Positions 1 through 45,300 of a stretch of DNA of 64,000 bases are shown in pieces. The number at the start of each line of letters is the position of its first letter. The stretch's first letter is position 1. Source of the DNA: Phoronis australis (Eukaryota > Animalia > Phoronida); the NCBI GenBank assembly GCA_002633005.1, contig NMRA01000124.1, positions 844,902 through 908,901 of the forward strand, written 5' to 3'. Position numbers and translations under genes: made by a program. The notes below the pieces were generated by a model. That model was not told where the DNA came from. It was given only the letters and a program-made list of their open reading frames with translations, and searched no databases.

Positions 1-1957
1 TCGTGTTGACAACTTCACTCGTTTGTTAGGCATGATAAAGGGTTGGAAACAAATTAGCACATGAACACACTGAGTACCTAGCTGTGGCTCAAAAACCAAG
101 TACACCGCTTGGAACACTGTCGCAACACTGCCAAACCGCTACTAAGTCGACCTGACAAAATGAAGCCTAGCCTAGTGCGCACAATATGGGCCTACTAGCT
201 GTGCATGTTTTCATAATCAGGTGCATGCGCCTATGTATGAAACACTTCAATGAGGATTTTTTAAAAATAATCTGCGAGTGAAATTAAGGTTACTGTTTCA
301 ATATGGGGCTCCGATGTTTAATGAATTTTCTGCAGACAATTACAGTAGCCCGTTTTTAGGTACGCTCAGTATATAGGCGTATATGAAGGAAATCTCTGCA
401 GATACGCCCAGAACATCTATTGGGGGAAAATATGGATGAATGAATTCTGAACTCTTGTACCAGCCAGATTCTGCGCGCGAGCCACGCCAACTTAATTTAA
501 CGCTCGCACGCCGTAGGCCCATCTGCGCTTTTGAAAGTTACCCGTCCTGACGGCGCATCCTGTGATTGTGTAGGCGATGAATATCACTCAGTTGCGGTAG
601 CATATTTTTCTTTTATACCCTGTGTTTTATGGCAAACGAATTATCAGAAAAAAGTCCCAGAATTTTGTCAAAAATGTTCTTTTTTGAACCCCATCCATAA
701 TGCACGAATCTCGTATATGACGTTTTTCCACAGTAATGGGGATTTGGTTAAGTAGGGCAGAATGTCGTCATGTGCGGTGTGTCCCCGAGATGAGAGACAG
801 TTCGTCTGCTTATGACCGACTTGTGTTCATTTTCACGTGATCCTTTACTATAGCTTTGACCACTTTAGCTGCCTGAAAAGCTAATAATGTAGAAATGGCA
901 TCGTCATAACTTATTTACAAGACTGGTTACGTGTCTAATTGCAGTTAAGGCATGCATATGTATTCTCAAAATTACGGTTCGTATTCAATTCAATTTACAC
1001 GGGCCAAAACCGTTGAAGAGTGGTAATTTTCTATAGGCCCTACTATATGGAATTGATTCCAAAACTTTAGTCGGCGGCCTAAATCAATATCATTGTTTAA
1101 ATTATTATTTTGTTCTATAACTGATTGGCCTCGTGCACCACGGTTCACTATGCATTTAATGAGTAATCCGGTGATAGTAAAACCGCTGACTGGGGCCAAT
1201 ATGCTTTTTGAACAGTACCTACATATATAGCGATAACGGTTTGTAATTCCCATGATATTTAAATTGTTTGTTCGAAGATCCATACAATTCTCAAACCTGA
1301 CTGAGCACACCATTCCCCCCCTCAAAAAATGCGATTATTGAGCTCCCGGATATTTTTAAATAGGCTACGTAGGCTATATCTTCAAATAGATAAAAACGCC
1401 GAAAAAGAACCGTCCCATCTTCAGAATCTTGGCATGTGGTAAATGATCACAAATAGCGTCTCCGCCAGTTCGCAACGGCTATGCGTGACAGAAACTAAAT
1501 CAAAACAACAATAGGCCTCACGGCGAATTTTTGCCAAGTACGCCTTCATGAATATGGATTTATTTATAATCCCCGATTAACATTTCAGAACTCAGTCACC
1601 AAGTCAATGGTAAGCAATTTGTATCGTCTTTTCTGTTGCTTCTGTCAAATTAGTCATCTCAGGTGTCCAGGGGTGTGTATCAACATTGTTCTTCGTTTCC
1701 CCGGAACATGAATCAGAAAACATTTCGTTAATAAACACGTGATCAGTTAGTTATAAATTATGGGATGGACCAAATTCATTAATGACGTCACATGCGCATG
1801 TGTATTTAGTTTGGCGGCGGTGAGATAAGGGGTGAATGTCCCTTGTTTGCTCATCAAAAGTTATCATAACTTTGAATATTAAAGACATCCTGGTTTGGCA
1901 GGGAAGAAATTCTTGAGTGAGGATTCCCTTGTTATGCCTGGTCCTTTCAAAAGAACC

Positions 1958-32738
<30,781 letters not shown>

Positions 32739-33185
32739 ACCTGGCGTGCTGTTCATTTCTTAAATGTTCCATTAGCACTCGTATGGAACAACGAAGGTGG
32801 ATGCTTGAACAAAGTAAAAAAACAGGGGTTTCTATGTCTTATTTGCCTGAGCAGTGGAAGATGATTTCACTGCGGATAGTAGTTGTATTGCAATTTATTT
32901 TTGTTCAGAAGCCATTGGGATGTTATTCTACATCTAGTTTTTGCTGTTCATGATTGTTTTGTAACTCACAGTTGTACATAGGCGTTACACAGCTTGTGTT
33001 TACCATCATTGCTAACTTAAACTGTTCATTCATTTCTGGTTATCAACTAGCAAACTGAGTACTTGTTCAAATGTTGTGTTGAAGGTATGAGCTTGAAATG
33101 AAAAGTACAAAGATTCTTATGTTTTTTAAATTTTCCTAGCGCTTCAGTTGGTACATTTTGTAAATAAGATTGTTGTTAATTGTGG

Positions 33186-33304
33186 AATAAATATCTATTA
33201 AGTGTACACATCCACTATTTCTTAACAAAAATAAACTTCTCACGAGTCTACAACATTACCCACTGCAAATAAAACTTGTTATATACATCTATATACAAAA
33301 TAAA
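33186..33304 (+). terminator. Cluster of AATAAA polyadenylation signals for Mi-2
   Basis: AATAAA at 33186, 33230, 33268 and 33299, downstream of the stop at 32738. Confidence 0.5.
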
Positions 33305-33326
33305 TAACAAAAATGTAACAGATTGA

Positions 33327-36300
33327 TTAAAATGACAAGACGTCTTCGATGTAGTCTGTGCCAACATCGCCACCTATTGATATTGTCCTGTCGGTGGTCA
33401 GGTCGTCGTCGTTCTGCAAGAAGAGAAATGAATGTTATGAAAACATTTTAATCTTACGGTTCGACTTCAGTTCGACGAACACTTTAACATGAAGTGTTTC
33501 CTTCACGCTGTGAGCATGTTGGCTTGTGAAGCAGAAGCCACCAGACTGCTTTTCAGACAATGTTGAATTCTTATATGAAAACACAGCTTCACAATAATCC
33601 TTCACTAAGGTACAGAGATTGTTAATTTGCATGAAACTGTGGTAGTGGAAGTACGACTTCTAATGTGCTTTATGTTTCGAATGAAGTCTTCCTTGAAACG
33701 GACAGATTATACCTCTAGTGAAATGTCCTCTTCAATTTCTTCCTCAATTTCTTCTGCTATACTCTGCGACTTGGATTTCTCGGAGCGGGCACTTAGCGTT
33801 TCGCTCCTACCAGAACTGAGGAAATCGTCTTCATAATCATCATCAGGAACATCTGTCGGAAGTGAAACAAAATTAAAGGTGGTAGACCCGAGTTTGGTGG
33901 ATAAGACTGTTACATATCGAAACATCACGATCTTCGATAAGGTTACAAAAAATCGCAAAAGTGTCCTTGCATTCTCCAACAATCCTGCAAAAATTTGGTA
34001 TCCAACCCTTGCAAAATCTGGTCCGACATGATTGTTAAAGAAGACAAAATTTTTTGTACACATATCACAGATCACGATCTATAATGTACAGAAATTTGCT
34101 TTAATCAGGGCTTGGAATTTTCCGCGGAAACGCGGATTTCCGCTTTTTTCAAATGTGCTGTCCGCTTTTATTGTAATATTTCCGCATAATAAAAATCGGA
34201 TTTGATATAAAATTTCCGCGGCAAATTCCTTTCTTACCGCGGCGTTGCAGACGACGTTCACCTCGAAAAGCGGAAGTTGCTCTTTATGTTTCGGAGGAAC
34301 ATAAATTGTCAACATTGCCGGGGCACCTGGGACAGCGTGGTGGGATTTTCAATGGCGTCTCGTGTTATTGTTAAGCGCGGCGACAAATACTACCGCTCTG
34401 CAGCCAAAAATGTGTGGGGTTGGGAGTGGACGGGTGAGCTAAAAGGACGCAGACGCATGCTACTGATGGTGGTAACGTTTTTTTTTTTAGTGCTCCCGAT
34501 TTTTGTCAAGGAAAGGTTCACATTGACCATTTCAAGGCTGGTTAGCGGGCATGATTTGGGCCGTAAAAGTTTCCGCGTTTTTTTGTCATTGGTCATTCCA
34601 AGCCCTGTTTAATATAAATTTCAGCAACACTATTCGCCACTGTACAAGAAGCCGGTGAAACTTCTTCCTGGGGAACTTGTCCATATATTCACCTGTTTTA
34701 AATGGTGATTATGCCTGAAAGCAAACGCAGTATTTTCTCTAATAAGGCCCAGGGCAGCTGGTAAAGCCGTATTAAATTGTTTTTGCTGTAGACTGTATAC
34801 CTTGAAATGGGCAGGCTTTTCGTTTGATGTACGTAAAACTATACAGTAGAAAATAGGTTAGTTCTGTGACCTAACACTAAGTGGCGCTACCAGTCTATAC
34901 ACTGGGAGTAGTAGACTGGAAGCTATCGGCAACAAACTGTCGTTCTAACAGAACAATCGAACACACCACCTCCAGACTGCACCATGGTAAAGATTTACAA
35001 ACTTACCAAATCCCAGGTCTGCCATCTTCTTGTCAATGTCTTTGATATCTTTGTCAATTTTGTCTTCCTTAGCATCTGAAATATCAACAAATGTCCAGAT
35101 TTAGGGAGCACATAAGCATCAAAGCATTCACTTACAGACGATGCAGACACTTGAGGGTGTTAATACTCAGGGCTTGGAATGACCAATGACAAGAAAGCGG
35201 AAACTTTTACGGCCCAAATCATGCCCGATAACCAGCCTTTGAAATGGTCAAAGTGAACCTTTCCGCGACAAATATCGGGAGGACTAAAAAAAAAAAAAAA
35301 AAANGCGGAAATATTATAAAAAAAGCGGAAAGCACATTTCAAAAAAGCGGAAATCCGCGTTTTCGCGGAAAATTCCAAGCCCTGAATACTGCATTTTGGA
35401 CTAGATTACCCAGGTATGACGCTCAAGACTACGTTCCATAGGTTGAAAATGTGACTTCCCACTCAGAAGCACCTGGCTCCAATTACCTTTCTTGCTCCCA
35501 TTCATACCAGGGAGAGAGGGAGCATCCTTCAGCGAGAACGAGGACTTGTTGTCTGTCAGCGAGGGCAGTCCTTGCAATGACGACAGGCCAGAATTGCCAG
35601 AGGTGCCCCCCGTCTTCGTGACCTGTGGACTCTTCACTTGACCCGGTTTGTCCTTGTCCTGAGGTTTGGTTTTATCACTGCTACGAAATATATGAATATC
35701 ACTTTGCAGTTCAGTTTAATCCCATTTGTTGTACAAAACACGATATATCACCTCTTAGTGTTGACGCAAACAACCAAACAAGGTTTGTGTAAAATTTATC
35801 AGCGGAACAATGTGAAAACTTACGAATAAAAAGACAACGCAAAACAGATACCAAAACATGATGAAACATATCTTGGAGATTCACAGAGTTTCAAAAGCAA
35901 TACTAAAACAGGTGAAAAGCTGACAACAAATGTTCAGTGCTATGACACAGTATGGTAAGTGTGCCCAGGAATACGATCTTCACAAGTCTACCAATGACGT
36001 CAAACGGTCAACATTGCGGAAAAGTTTTGGCAATAATTTGATGTAGATTGCTCAAAATCATGAAGAAAGTTCACACAACAATAAAAACTGAAGAAGTTGT
36101 GTTTAAGGTAGAACTCAATAGCTGATAAAAATTCTACGCAGTCAAATGGGCACTGATACCTGGACAGAACGCCCTCTGCCAATCAGACTGTCACCAAATC
36201 ATGGGATAAGCAACCAAAAATACCGGGTAATCAACCATTTGACTGCGAAAACAGAACTTTTATCACGCAACTCGAGATTAGTTTGCTATTAATTACAAAC

Positions 36301-39300
36301 AGTGACACAACACCATTTTCCCCATTTTTAATTATTAAGGTCAACAAAACAATAAAACGACATTAACCCATGGTTAGATAAACGGATAACAATGGTCAGT
36401 TACGGTAATCAAAGTCGAATAACACAGTACGAGAAGTGATGTGTAACATAACACGAAATAAAAACATAAAAGCAAGGCGTGCATCGACGAGCAAATTCTA
36501 CCTGGCAGCTGACACAGAACCACGGCAATAGGCTAACAGTACTGAGCCATGTTTCTCACTGTTAGCATACAGCAAAAGCAGTAATGAGCATTGCCCAACA
36601 CGAACACACAAACACACAGAACACTACCCTGACCGTCTGTTTGCACCAAGATCACGCAAACGACGTCACAATTTCAAAATCTTGCTGAAATGTGAGGGGT
36701 ACGTAAGCGAAAACACGTTTTCGATACTCTAGATAAGTACAACGTTCTGGAATGGTGTTACTCAAAGTGTTAGCAACAAATTTCGTGCCTGAAATTAAAA
36801 CGAAAATTAAATCGCACAAGGGCACAGGCTTATGTAATCCAGGTATCGGGACATGTAGACTTCACAGTTGAGGTTTGAGAAGGGGTATTAGGAAAACGGT
36901 ACACGCATAAAACCAAGCACTGAGTTACAGCTAACACTACAGCTATGAGAGGGATTGTTGAGAAAATGGGGAGGGAGAGCAGACGATGTGGAAGTGCCAG
37001 CGTGTGTGTGTGTGTGAAGGTAGCACTATCTACTGACAGAAGAACGGGGCAAGTTAGTCTGTGTACGACGGCAGATTACCTGGGACTCGGTTTGGGGATT
37101 TGAGATGGTTTGGCCTCCTTCGCTGTCCTGCGACAGGGTCAAAACATGGCAGGCGTTAACAACGATGACAGTGCGTGCGCTACGATTCCCTCTCATACAG
37201 GGTTTCATGTTCCTTTCCCACAAGCTATTTTTACCGCAAGGATTAAAAGGGTAATTTTTGTCAACGATTGTCGATGAACACAACTGAATAATGGAGTGCA
37301 CGATATCGCAACACGACTCCCAAGCCATGCATTTTTTTCTCCGTTATGCAAAATTTCCCATAAAAAATCAGTCCGTTTTCAACGATCCCAGCTTTAACAT
37401 AACGAGTGGGAATGGAATGCACAGTGATAGGTGTACTCGCATCCAATGCTCTGGTTGTGTGCGCCTGGCAAGCCAATATGGCGGTGATTTAGCGAGTGTG
37501 ACACGTTGTTGACAGGTGCTTGTGCACTCATGGTACTCGGTTTCATCTAGCAAGCTGACCTCGTCTAGCATACATAGTGTAGGTATGAACTGTGGTACAT
37601 GGATCATTAAACTGTAAGTCTGTCAACAGTAAATCTTCAGGACAGATGTACTCTTAGACTAAAAGTTTCACACACCACTGGATGCCTTTCAGTGGGTTAT
37701 TTTAGTCAGTATTCTGACTATGCTAACTCAACAGTAATAAAATTCAGTATCCAAGGAGCTGCAAACATCTCAAGCCGAGTACAGCTAAAATTAAGTCAAA
37801 CTGCAAATTTCACACCATTTGTAATTAAACGAAAGACAATCGAACCTATTTGTTGATGAAATCAAGAGTCCTACTTGGTTCATAGAGAAATCGCAAAAAT
37901 AAGCCCAAATATTTTACACTACATCGCTATATCCGAAAACAGCTTTTAATAGTATTCCCAAGAGGACATTGTTCGAGGCTTTAGTACATAAAATGGAGGC
38001 TTGAGGACTGAAAATGTCAAATCATAGCTAATAATGGTCAAGTAATCCTGAAATCTGACAACAAAATAGATCTAAAAAGGATTACGATACATTTTTTTTT
38101 GTAGTGGACAACACATTGCTATCCATAATGACAGCAGTGACATATTTCAAGAGTAGAGGATTCGATTTTCTTCTAACCCAATAAAAACGCAAACAACAAC
38201 AAGCCTGCAAACAGACACAAAAATCACAGTTTTGCAGTTTTGGCCCTATAGAGGTCACCAATGTTGGCTGCCACTACAGGTGTTTGCAACAATCCCCATC
38301 TAAGCACATAGAGTTAGGTGACAGTGTAGCCAACAGTCAAGCATGTCTTACTTGGTTAGTGATTTGGCACGATTATTAGATGGTATCAGGTCGTCGAAGA
38401 AAGCATCGTCATCTTCACTGAAGCTGGACCGGTTGGAATCTTTCTTCGTTTTCTCCCAACCGTTGGTCTGTAACAGTGGAACACGCAAATTCAAGTCCAC
38501 AAATAAAAATTTGTGTTGGAGACTGTTACAGAAATTATTCAGCATTTCTTTTCTAAATCGATAACAGAGCGTATGTGAAACTTCTCAACAATAGAAAAAT
38601 GCAAAACAATAGGTCTTAATGAACAATCCCAAGTCTCAAAACAAGCTGCACTACACAACCAAACAACCAAACTAAGGATGATACGTCAGTGCCAGATAAA
38701 ACACAGTACCACCATGTCATTTGGGTTAGCAATACATCCTCCAGTTCAAGAATAGCAACTCGGTTAAAAACAGCGATAAAATAATGCGCCCACATATTTA
38801 TATATAAATGAGCCGAACAAAAATGTTTACAATGGTACGCAATGCGTTTCGGCCCTCACAGTCATGGGCAATGCCAGTACGGTATTTATCAGTCTTGCAT
38901 ATAAAAACACTAGAAAGCCAACAGCTTTTTCGACACCTTTTTCACAGGTCCTGGTATCTTGGACGGAGTTGCCGAAGACATAGACCCTCGTGGGGACGAC
39001 GGCACAATGTCGGACACGTCATGAGACACGACACTCTTGCACAGGATAAACAGACGCTTGTACATATTGAGGAACTCGTCAAAGTCGATGGCTGCAAGAG
39101 ATACCAGATGATGTCACAAGCTGTGAAGGTACAGCGTTATAACCAATCTTTCAGGGTAACGTTACCAATGTGTTGGAATTCAGGAGAGCCTCAGATCAGT
39201 GGTGAACCCAAATCTTTTATTAGATCAAAGTGAAAATTACATTGACAGGTTACAGCAATAGGAAAGCATATTTAAGTTTCCTAATATTTGTGTTTTCAGT

Positions 39301-42300
39301 GCATGTCACTGTTTTCGAAAACAAACTAGTTTCGTGTCAACTTGGCTGATACTTGCGTCACGCCACAACTATGTTATTGTCACCTAGCTACAGAAAATAA
39401 TCGCCTTTTACTTCTCAGTTTCTTCAACTCTGCTAGCACACTAACATGACAAAAAGGCCTTGACAGCAAACACGATCACTAAATATTTACAAACTACAAA
39501 TTATGAAGGCTGGTTAGCCATGAGAATCTATGATTATTTGTCAATGTACCTACACACATTTCGCCATTGTAGCTCTTTCAAAATGCTTCTGTGAAGAGAC
39601 TGTAGCAACATGAACACATCTCACACACAATACAGTTCACCTCCTAGCTTTAAACAACATCAACCACATCAACTACATGATCAGGTGAAGAAACAATCCA
39701 GAGTGCAGACTCGAAAGTACTCCGGCCAATCAACAGGCAACAGCTACAAAACATGGTCGCCACTCGTAATGTGATTTCGAGTTGCATGAGTTTTCCATCA
39801 TATAATTTCATTTTCCAAAAGTTATTTTTCTAGCCAAAAGTGGACGTACAATACTTTTTCCAAGTGCAAACATAAATAGCAATGTCATTTGCAAAATGAA
39901 TTTTAGAATTAACTTGTGAAAATTTCCATCAATTTCTCTGAGATTTTAAACCATTTTCATTTCCAGACTTGCCCTAAACTCTTCACGTAGTTCCACTGTT
40001 GAATCTGGGAGTCCGCACAAAGAATCATTTCTCAACCGCACATTTGTGCCAATGCTGGAAAATTCAACATACCATTGCTGAAGTCTTTGTCCACAGATCG
40101 AAACTCATCGTTCACGTAACGCTCCAGCATATTTCTGAAAATTTCCAGAAATTTATCCACATGCTGCACTAACAAGATACAAGAACCAACGGGACTCAAA
40201 TGCTGTGTTCAAACAACTAGCTGCAGATGAGCCAGAAGAACAATTTGGCAGCAGCTGCTTAATATGTAGATAAAATATGCTTAACACACACCATGTTCAT
40301 GACGAATACTTTTCAATGATATTCGCGCGATCTCTCTAGCTTTGACAGTCGTTCGCAACAAAACTATAAAGCAGGTGACCAAGAGACATGAGAAAACTAA
40401 TGACTAAAATGACAACTACGTTTCAAGACTGTTCTTGTCTCACCTTCAGGCAAAAATAAAACGACACACGGTTACAAAAATATGTCACGAAGGGTCGTGA
40501 CCCACTCAGTTACAAACCAATATACACGTACTGGAAAAACTGAGCCAGCGTATGGCACATCCTTGTGAGCTGCAGTTTTTTTTTCAAGTGATTATCAAAG
40601 ACTCCAATATATTCAACCTATGGGTGTCATGTTATGAACATGAAGACAATTTCATTGGTGCAATATGTTTTCTTAACTCAAGTATCAAGTTGAGCACATG
40701 AAACTGTGTGAATATAAGAAACTCCCTTATGCAATGCAGAATCAGTACGAAACAACGGTGAAGCTAGTCCCACTGAAAACATTACACAAACCTCTTTCAC
40801 AGAATGGATTCGTGTTTAAAGGCAAGTCACATCTCAAATTTTCAAAATGTCACAGGGAAGTCTCAGTTGTCACAACTTTTTGGTGCTTCTTCCACATATA
40901 AGACACATCAACTTTGCTTTTGTCACATATGTGATCCACACCACTTTACGATGAATTTAACAACTTCAAAATTTGTGAAAAAAGGAACCACCACTTGATA
41001 CACAATAAAATAACTGTAAACCCAACAAAACACAAACACTAAATAATAGGGTGAAAATTTGTTGCAGAACTCTCAAAATGTCAAAAAATTTCAGGCAAGC
41101 AGGTTTTTGTCGCAGAATGTCACGACGTCACAGGGAATCCTTTCTCTGCTCTTTATAGTAATAATTATATTTTTTCAATTTCTTCATTATGATATCCATT
41201 TCCACCACTACTGTCACTACCGCCATAGATCAGAACTACAGCCAATAGGAGGCGACACAAGTTACTAGGCACTCACCTGTGAAAACCCGGAAACATGTCA
41301 GCGAACAAACACCGCAGTTCGTCTTTTTCTATTGTACCGCTTTTATCCTAGGTGACAAAAAAGACCTTAGACACCACCGTCTACTTAAAATCTTAGCAAA
41401 TACGCAAGTTACGGCTCAGAAGAAATTAAACAAAACCAGGTGCAATGAAAGAAGAAAAGGTGGAACGAGTCAATTATATCCCCGTGTCATGAGACTGTAG
41501 ACAAATTTGCAAAGTCTGACTACTCAGTTTCATCGGCACTTTTCAAACGATGATAACTTTACTACAAATAGTGGAAATTTAATGAAACGTTATTTATGAC
41601 ATCTACACAGTACAAGCTGCGATAATAGGCTAAAATTTTCTTAATCTTTTTTTTGAGAAGAAATTTGACAAAACAGAACTATAACTTTGCTATAAATAGT
41701 GGAAACTTTATCAAATGTAATTAATTATATCTACACAGTACAAACTATGCTCGTAGCAGACTAAAATTTTCTTAATATTTATTTTTGAGAAGAAATTTGA
41801 CAAATAAGAACTTGAATTGTTAGCCATATTGTGTGCAAAATGCACGGTGCTCAGGATATACAGATTGTACCCGTCAACTGTCAATTTAGAATTAAATAAA
41901 TTTAAAGAAGGAAAACAAGGCGGTTGAATTAAATCAGGGTACAGCCGCAGCAATAAACAGAGGGTACCGTGACCTGTTAAAACCGTCACTGTCACATGCA
42001 AGGGTCTCACTATTTTGAGAGCCATTTTTTCTACTAACACTGAATAACAGACACCAAAAAGGTTCTCAAAATTCGAGGCCCCTGCAAGTGACCAAGGCCG
42101 TTGAAACAGCCTGTGGAGAACACGTACTACCCAGGCAAAATTTCCTCCGTAATTTTCTCAAGTTGAAAGTTAAATCGCGTACAAAAACACACAACTTGCT
42201 ATGAAAGAACCACTTACGGACTAAATGGAAGCTTGACACTACTCACCTTATCATAGAAATTAAATTTTTCTTTAGCATCAGCAATCTGCTGTGAAGTCAA

Positions 42301-45300
42301 ATCCTGCAAATGCAATGCCTCAATAAATCAAAATTCAAATTGCAAGATTGTCGAATAATGTGCTTCATCAAAAAATAGTCCAATAACTACGAATAAGGGA
42401 AACTATGGTAACAACCAAAGTGAACGTTTAACAAAAATATGTAAAAAGAACAATCGTGAGATATTAGGTAACCTTAGCTGCAGTAAACTGGTCAATCAGT
42501 TGCAGTGGAAAATAATTAATAGCGCTCTGCTTCGCGAAAAGTGACTGAAGACTTAATAAGTCTACTTCTGAAAAATAACTGAATCTCACTTGAGGAAAAA
42601 TTAAAAGAGAACATTAGACACATAAATGTTAGCTACTGAGATAATTTCTAGAATATATTTCTAGACTTCGGTAAGTCTTTATTCCGTAAGTGAAGTGATA
42701 GCGCAAAACCAAATTTCTTCCATAAGTCCAAGTCACTTGTCATGAAACCACAGGTTCTTTTACCATACAATGCCACAAATCTATACACTGTTACTGACAC
42801 TAACGGTTTTCTATATAACTTCTGACTTTTGAAAAGGATCACACAGTATATAACCATTAAGAAAGGAACTTTTGCTTCCAAACAGCAGAAGAAACACTTA
42901 ACGTTGGCACAGACATGGGTACCACAGCCAACAACATACATAGACATGGACAACACAATTAGCAACAGAAAACCAATCAACAATTACAACATTACAAAGT
43001 TGAGATTTGTCATGGCGAGTGGCCACTTAGTCACTGTGAGCGAACCTTTGCAGTAAAACGGGAACAACACACTGGCTTGCATACAAAGAATGGTCCCATA
43101 CCGAATGGAACGAACACTTTTGTTGATGTAGGGAAACACTTAGCGTGACTGATCTAGCTTTCAAATGTCGCACAATTTCAAGTTAAGTCACGACTAGTGA
43201 AGAAAGCTACACTGTGCCTCCACAGATGTCTGTCAAGCTTATTAAATTTTCTGATGTCAGTATTGTAATGTACTAGTACACAAGAGTAAGTTTCGTCGAA
43301 ATCAGAACTTATGAATGGGTCGATAATTTTAATGATGTATTATAGACTAGTGGCCAAAAAAACGAAGCAGTCAACAACAAGAGAACTACGGTAATCCGTC
43401 ACGTATTTGGCAGACAATATGGCCAACAAATGAAACTCTATTTTGTCAAATTTCTCCACAAGAGTAAAGATTAAGAACATTTTAGTCTGTTATCAGCATG
43501 GTTTGTAGTGTGTAGGTGACGTTAATCAACATTTCGTGAAGTATCCAAGATTTGTGGCAAGGTGACCAGCCTTTGAAAAATGGAAACGTGACAAATCTGC
43601 CGATTATTTTTTGTGCAAAAAAGTGGAGAATTACAGTACATAGTAGCAAATACGTGACAAAAAAGACCGTAGATAAATACCACAACAAATAGATCCCATT
43701 ATTCCATGAAGGCCATCAGTGATAATCCTATATTCTCAGACAGATATGCTACCATTAGACATCATTAGACAAAGGCATGAAATCAAACTGCAATGCAAAA
43801 TACGATACATTGCTTACGCTCACTATGGCATTGTTGGAACTATATCTGCAAACTGCTTTTTCAATTCAGAACAGCATACTGCTGAAAATTGAAAATTTCC
43901 TTCACTAAATTTCAAAGCAAATCAGTTCAATTTTGTTGCATCCTCTGCACTGTATATACCTGCCATTAAACACATAGGGGAAAATGTACATTTGCAGCCA
44001 GTAGTTGAAAAATTAAAAATAAACACAAAACATTTTGCAATTTTTTGTTTCAAATGAAGACACTTTCAATATTTAATAATCAAGACGGTAAAGCGAAGCA
44101 AAGATTAAATTTTAAAATATTGTTTTAAAGTTCATATTGCGACTTTGTTCCAACAAGATATAAACTAGTTTTTGCCCCACTACTCCAGGCAATATGTTTC
44201 AACCTAACAAGGCAACTTAATAGTTGTACTGTTCTCATGCCACTAAATGACATTAGAATATGGATAGTACAGTACTTTTCAGTTATGCTTAACATGCCAC
44301 GTCCTTTTAGCAATGAAATGTGAAGTGCGTATAAGTTATACATTGTACCAGCTTGTTACAGCATTCTCTCAAAACAGATCGGCCATGATACAACCTGTCT
44401 AGGGATGACAAATCTAGACAGAGGTCAGGGTAGAGTTCAATAACTGTCTAAAATCGAGCCCAAATCACACCCTCTCATTGAAAATACACGGTGATACCTC
44501 GCGATATCTTGCATTTCTAGTGAGACGAGCGTTATTGAACTCGACCCCACATTCACCAGATGGTAAAAAATCTCCAGTTCCGAACATTGAAAGATGAAAG
44601 ACAAACGAACATTCACCTGAATGTCACACAAACGGGATTGCGTGAAAATGTTGCGTCGGCAGCTATTTTGTTGATACAAATCACATGGTACGAGATTCAA
44701 AAAAAAGGATGAGCACCAACATCACTCGAGTCCCAATCTCCAGGATCACAAAAACTCAATTTTGGCTTGAATTTCTGTGTCCCAAAATTTAGCGACAGCC
44801 CGAACTGGAGAATTTGTACCGTACTATGAATCCAAGACGATTCCATGGCTTTAAATTGTCATTAAGTTACTCCATCAGCAAGCAAAAGACAGCTGTTGTC
44901 CCTGGCCTTAGTAATAAATGACAACACACCAGCATTAGTAAAACAGCAAGCTGTTAATGGCGAACAACTCATGACGTAGCTGGTTGCCAATTACAATATC
45001 AACAGACCCGTGTACCAGTAGAGCAGTAAGTGTACACCACACAGCAGAATTTACGGATATTGTTAACAAAATGCAGCTCTCAACAAATTAATGTTTGTAT
45101 GACTGAAAAAGTTGATTTACAAGTAACCACGGTGACTGAAATAAAAAAGTAAACCACAAAATCTGTGCAACAATAACAGTATGTCAATTTTAATTTCTAT
45201 ATTTTTTGCAGACAATGCAGATCAAGATGCCACACAGATGGTACACAAGTCTGACCCAACCGAAATGAGCAAGCAAGGTAAGGATTACGCAGAGAGAAAG

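Noticed and set aside
340-1440. Divergent minus-strand gene upstream of Mi-2
   Set aside because: Only short ORFs with no recognisable product or exon chain.
41957-42115. Long imperfect hairpin as a structured ncRNA or miRNA
   Set aside because: More simply a decayed fold-back MITE; no ncRNA family features seen.
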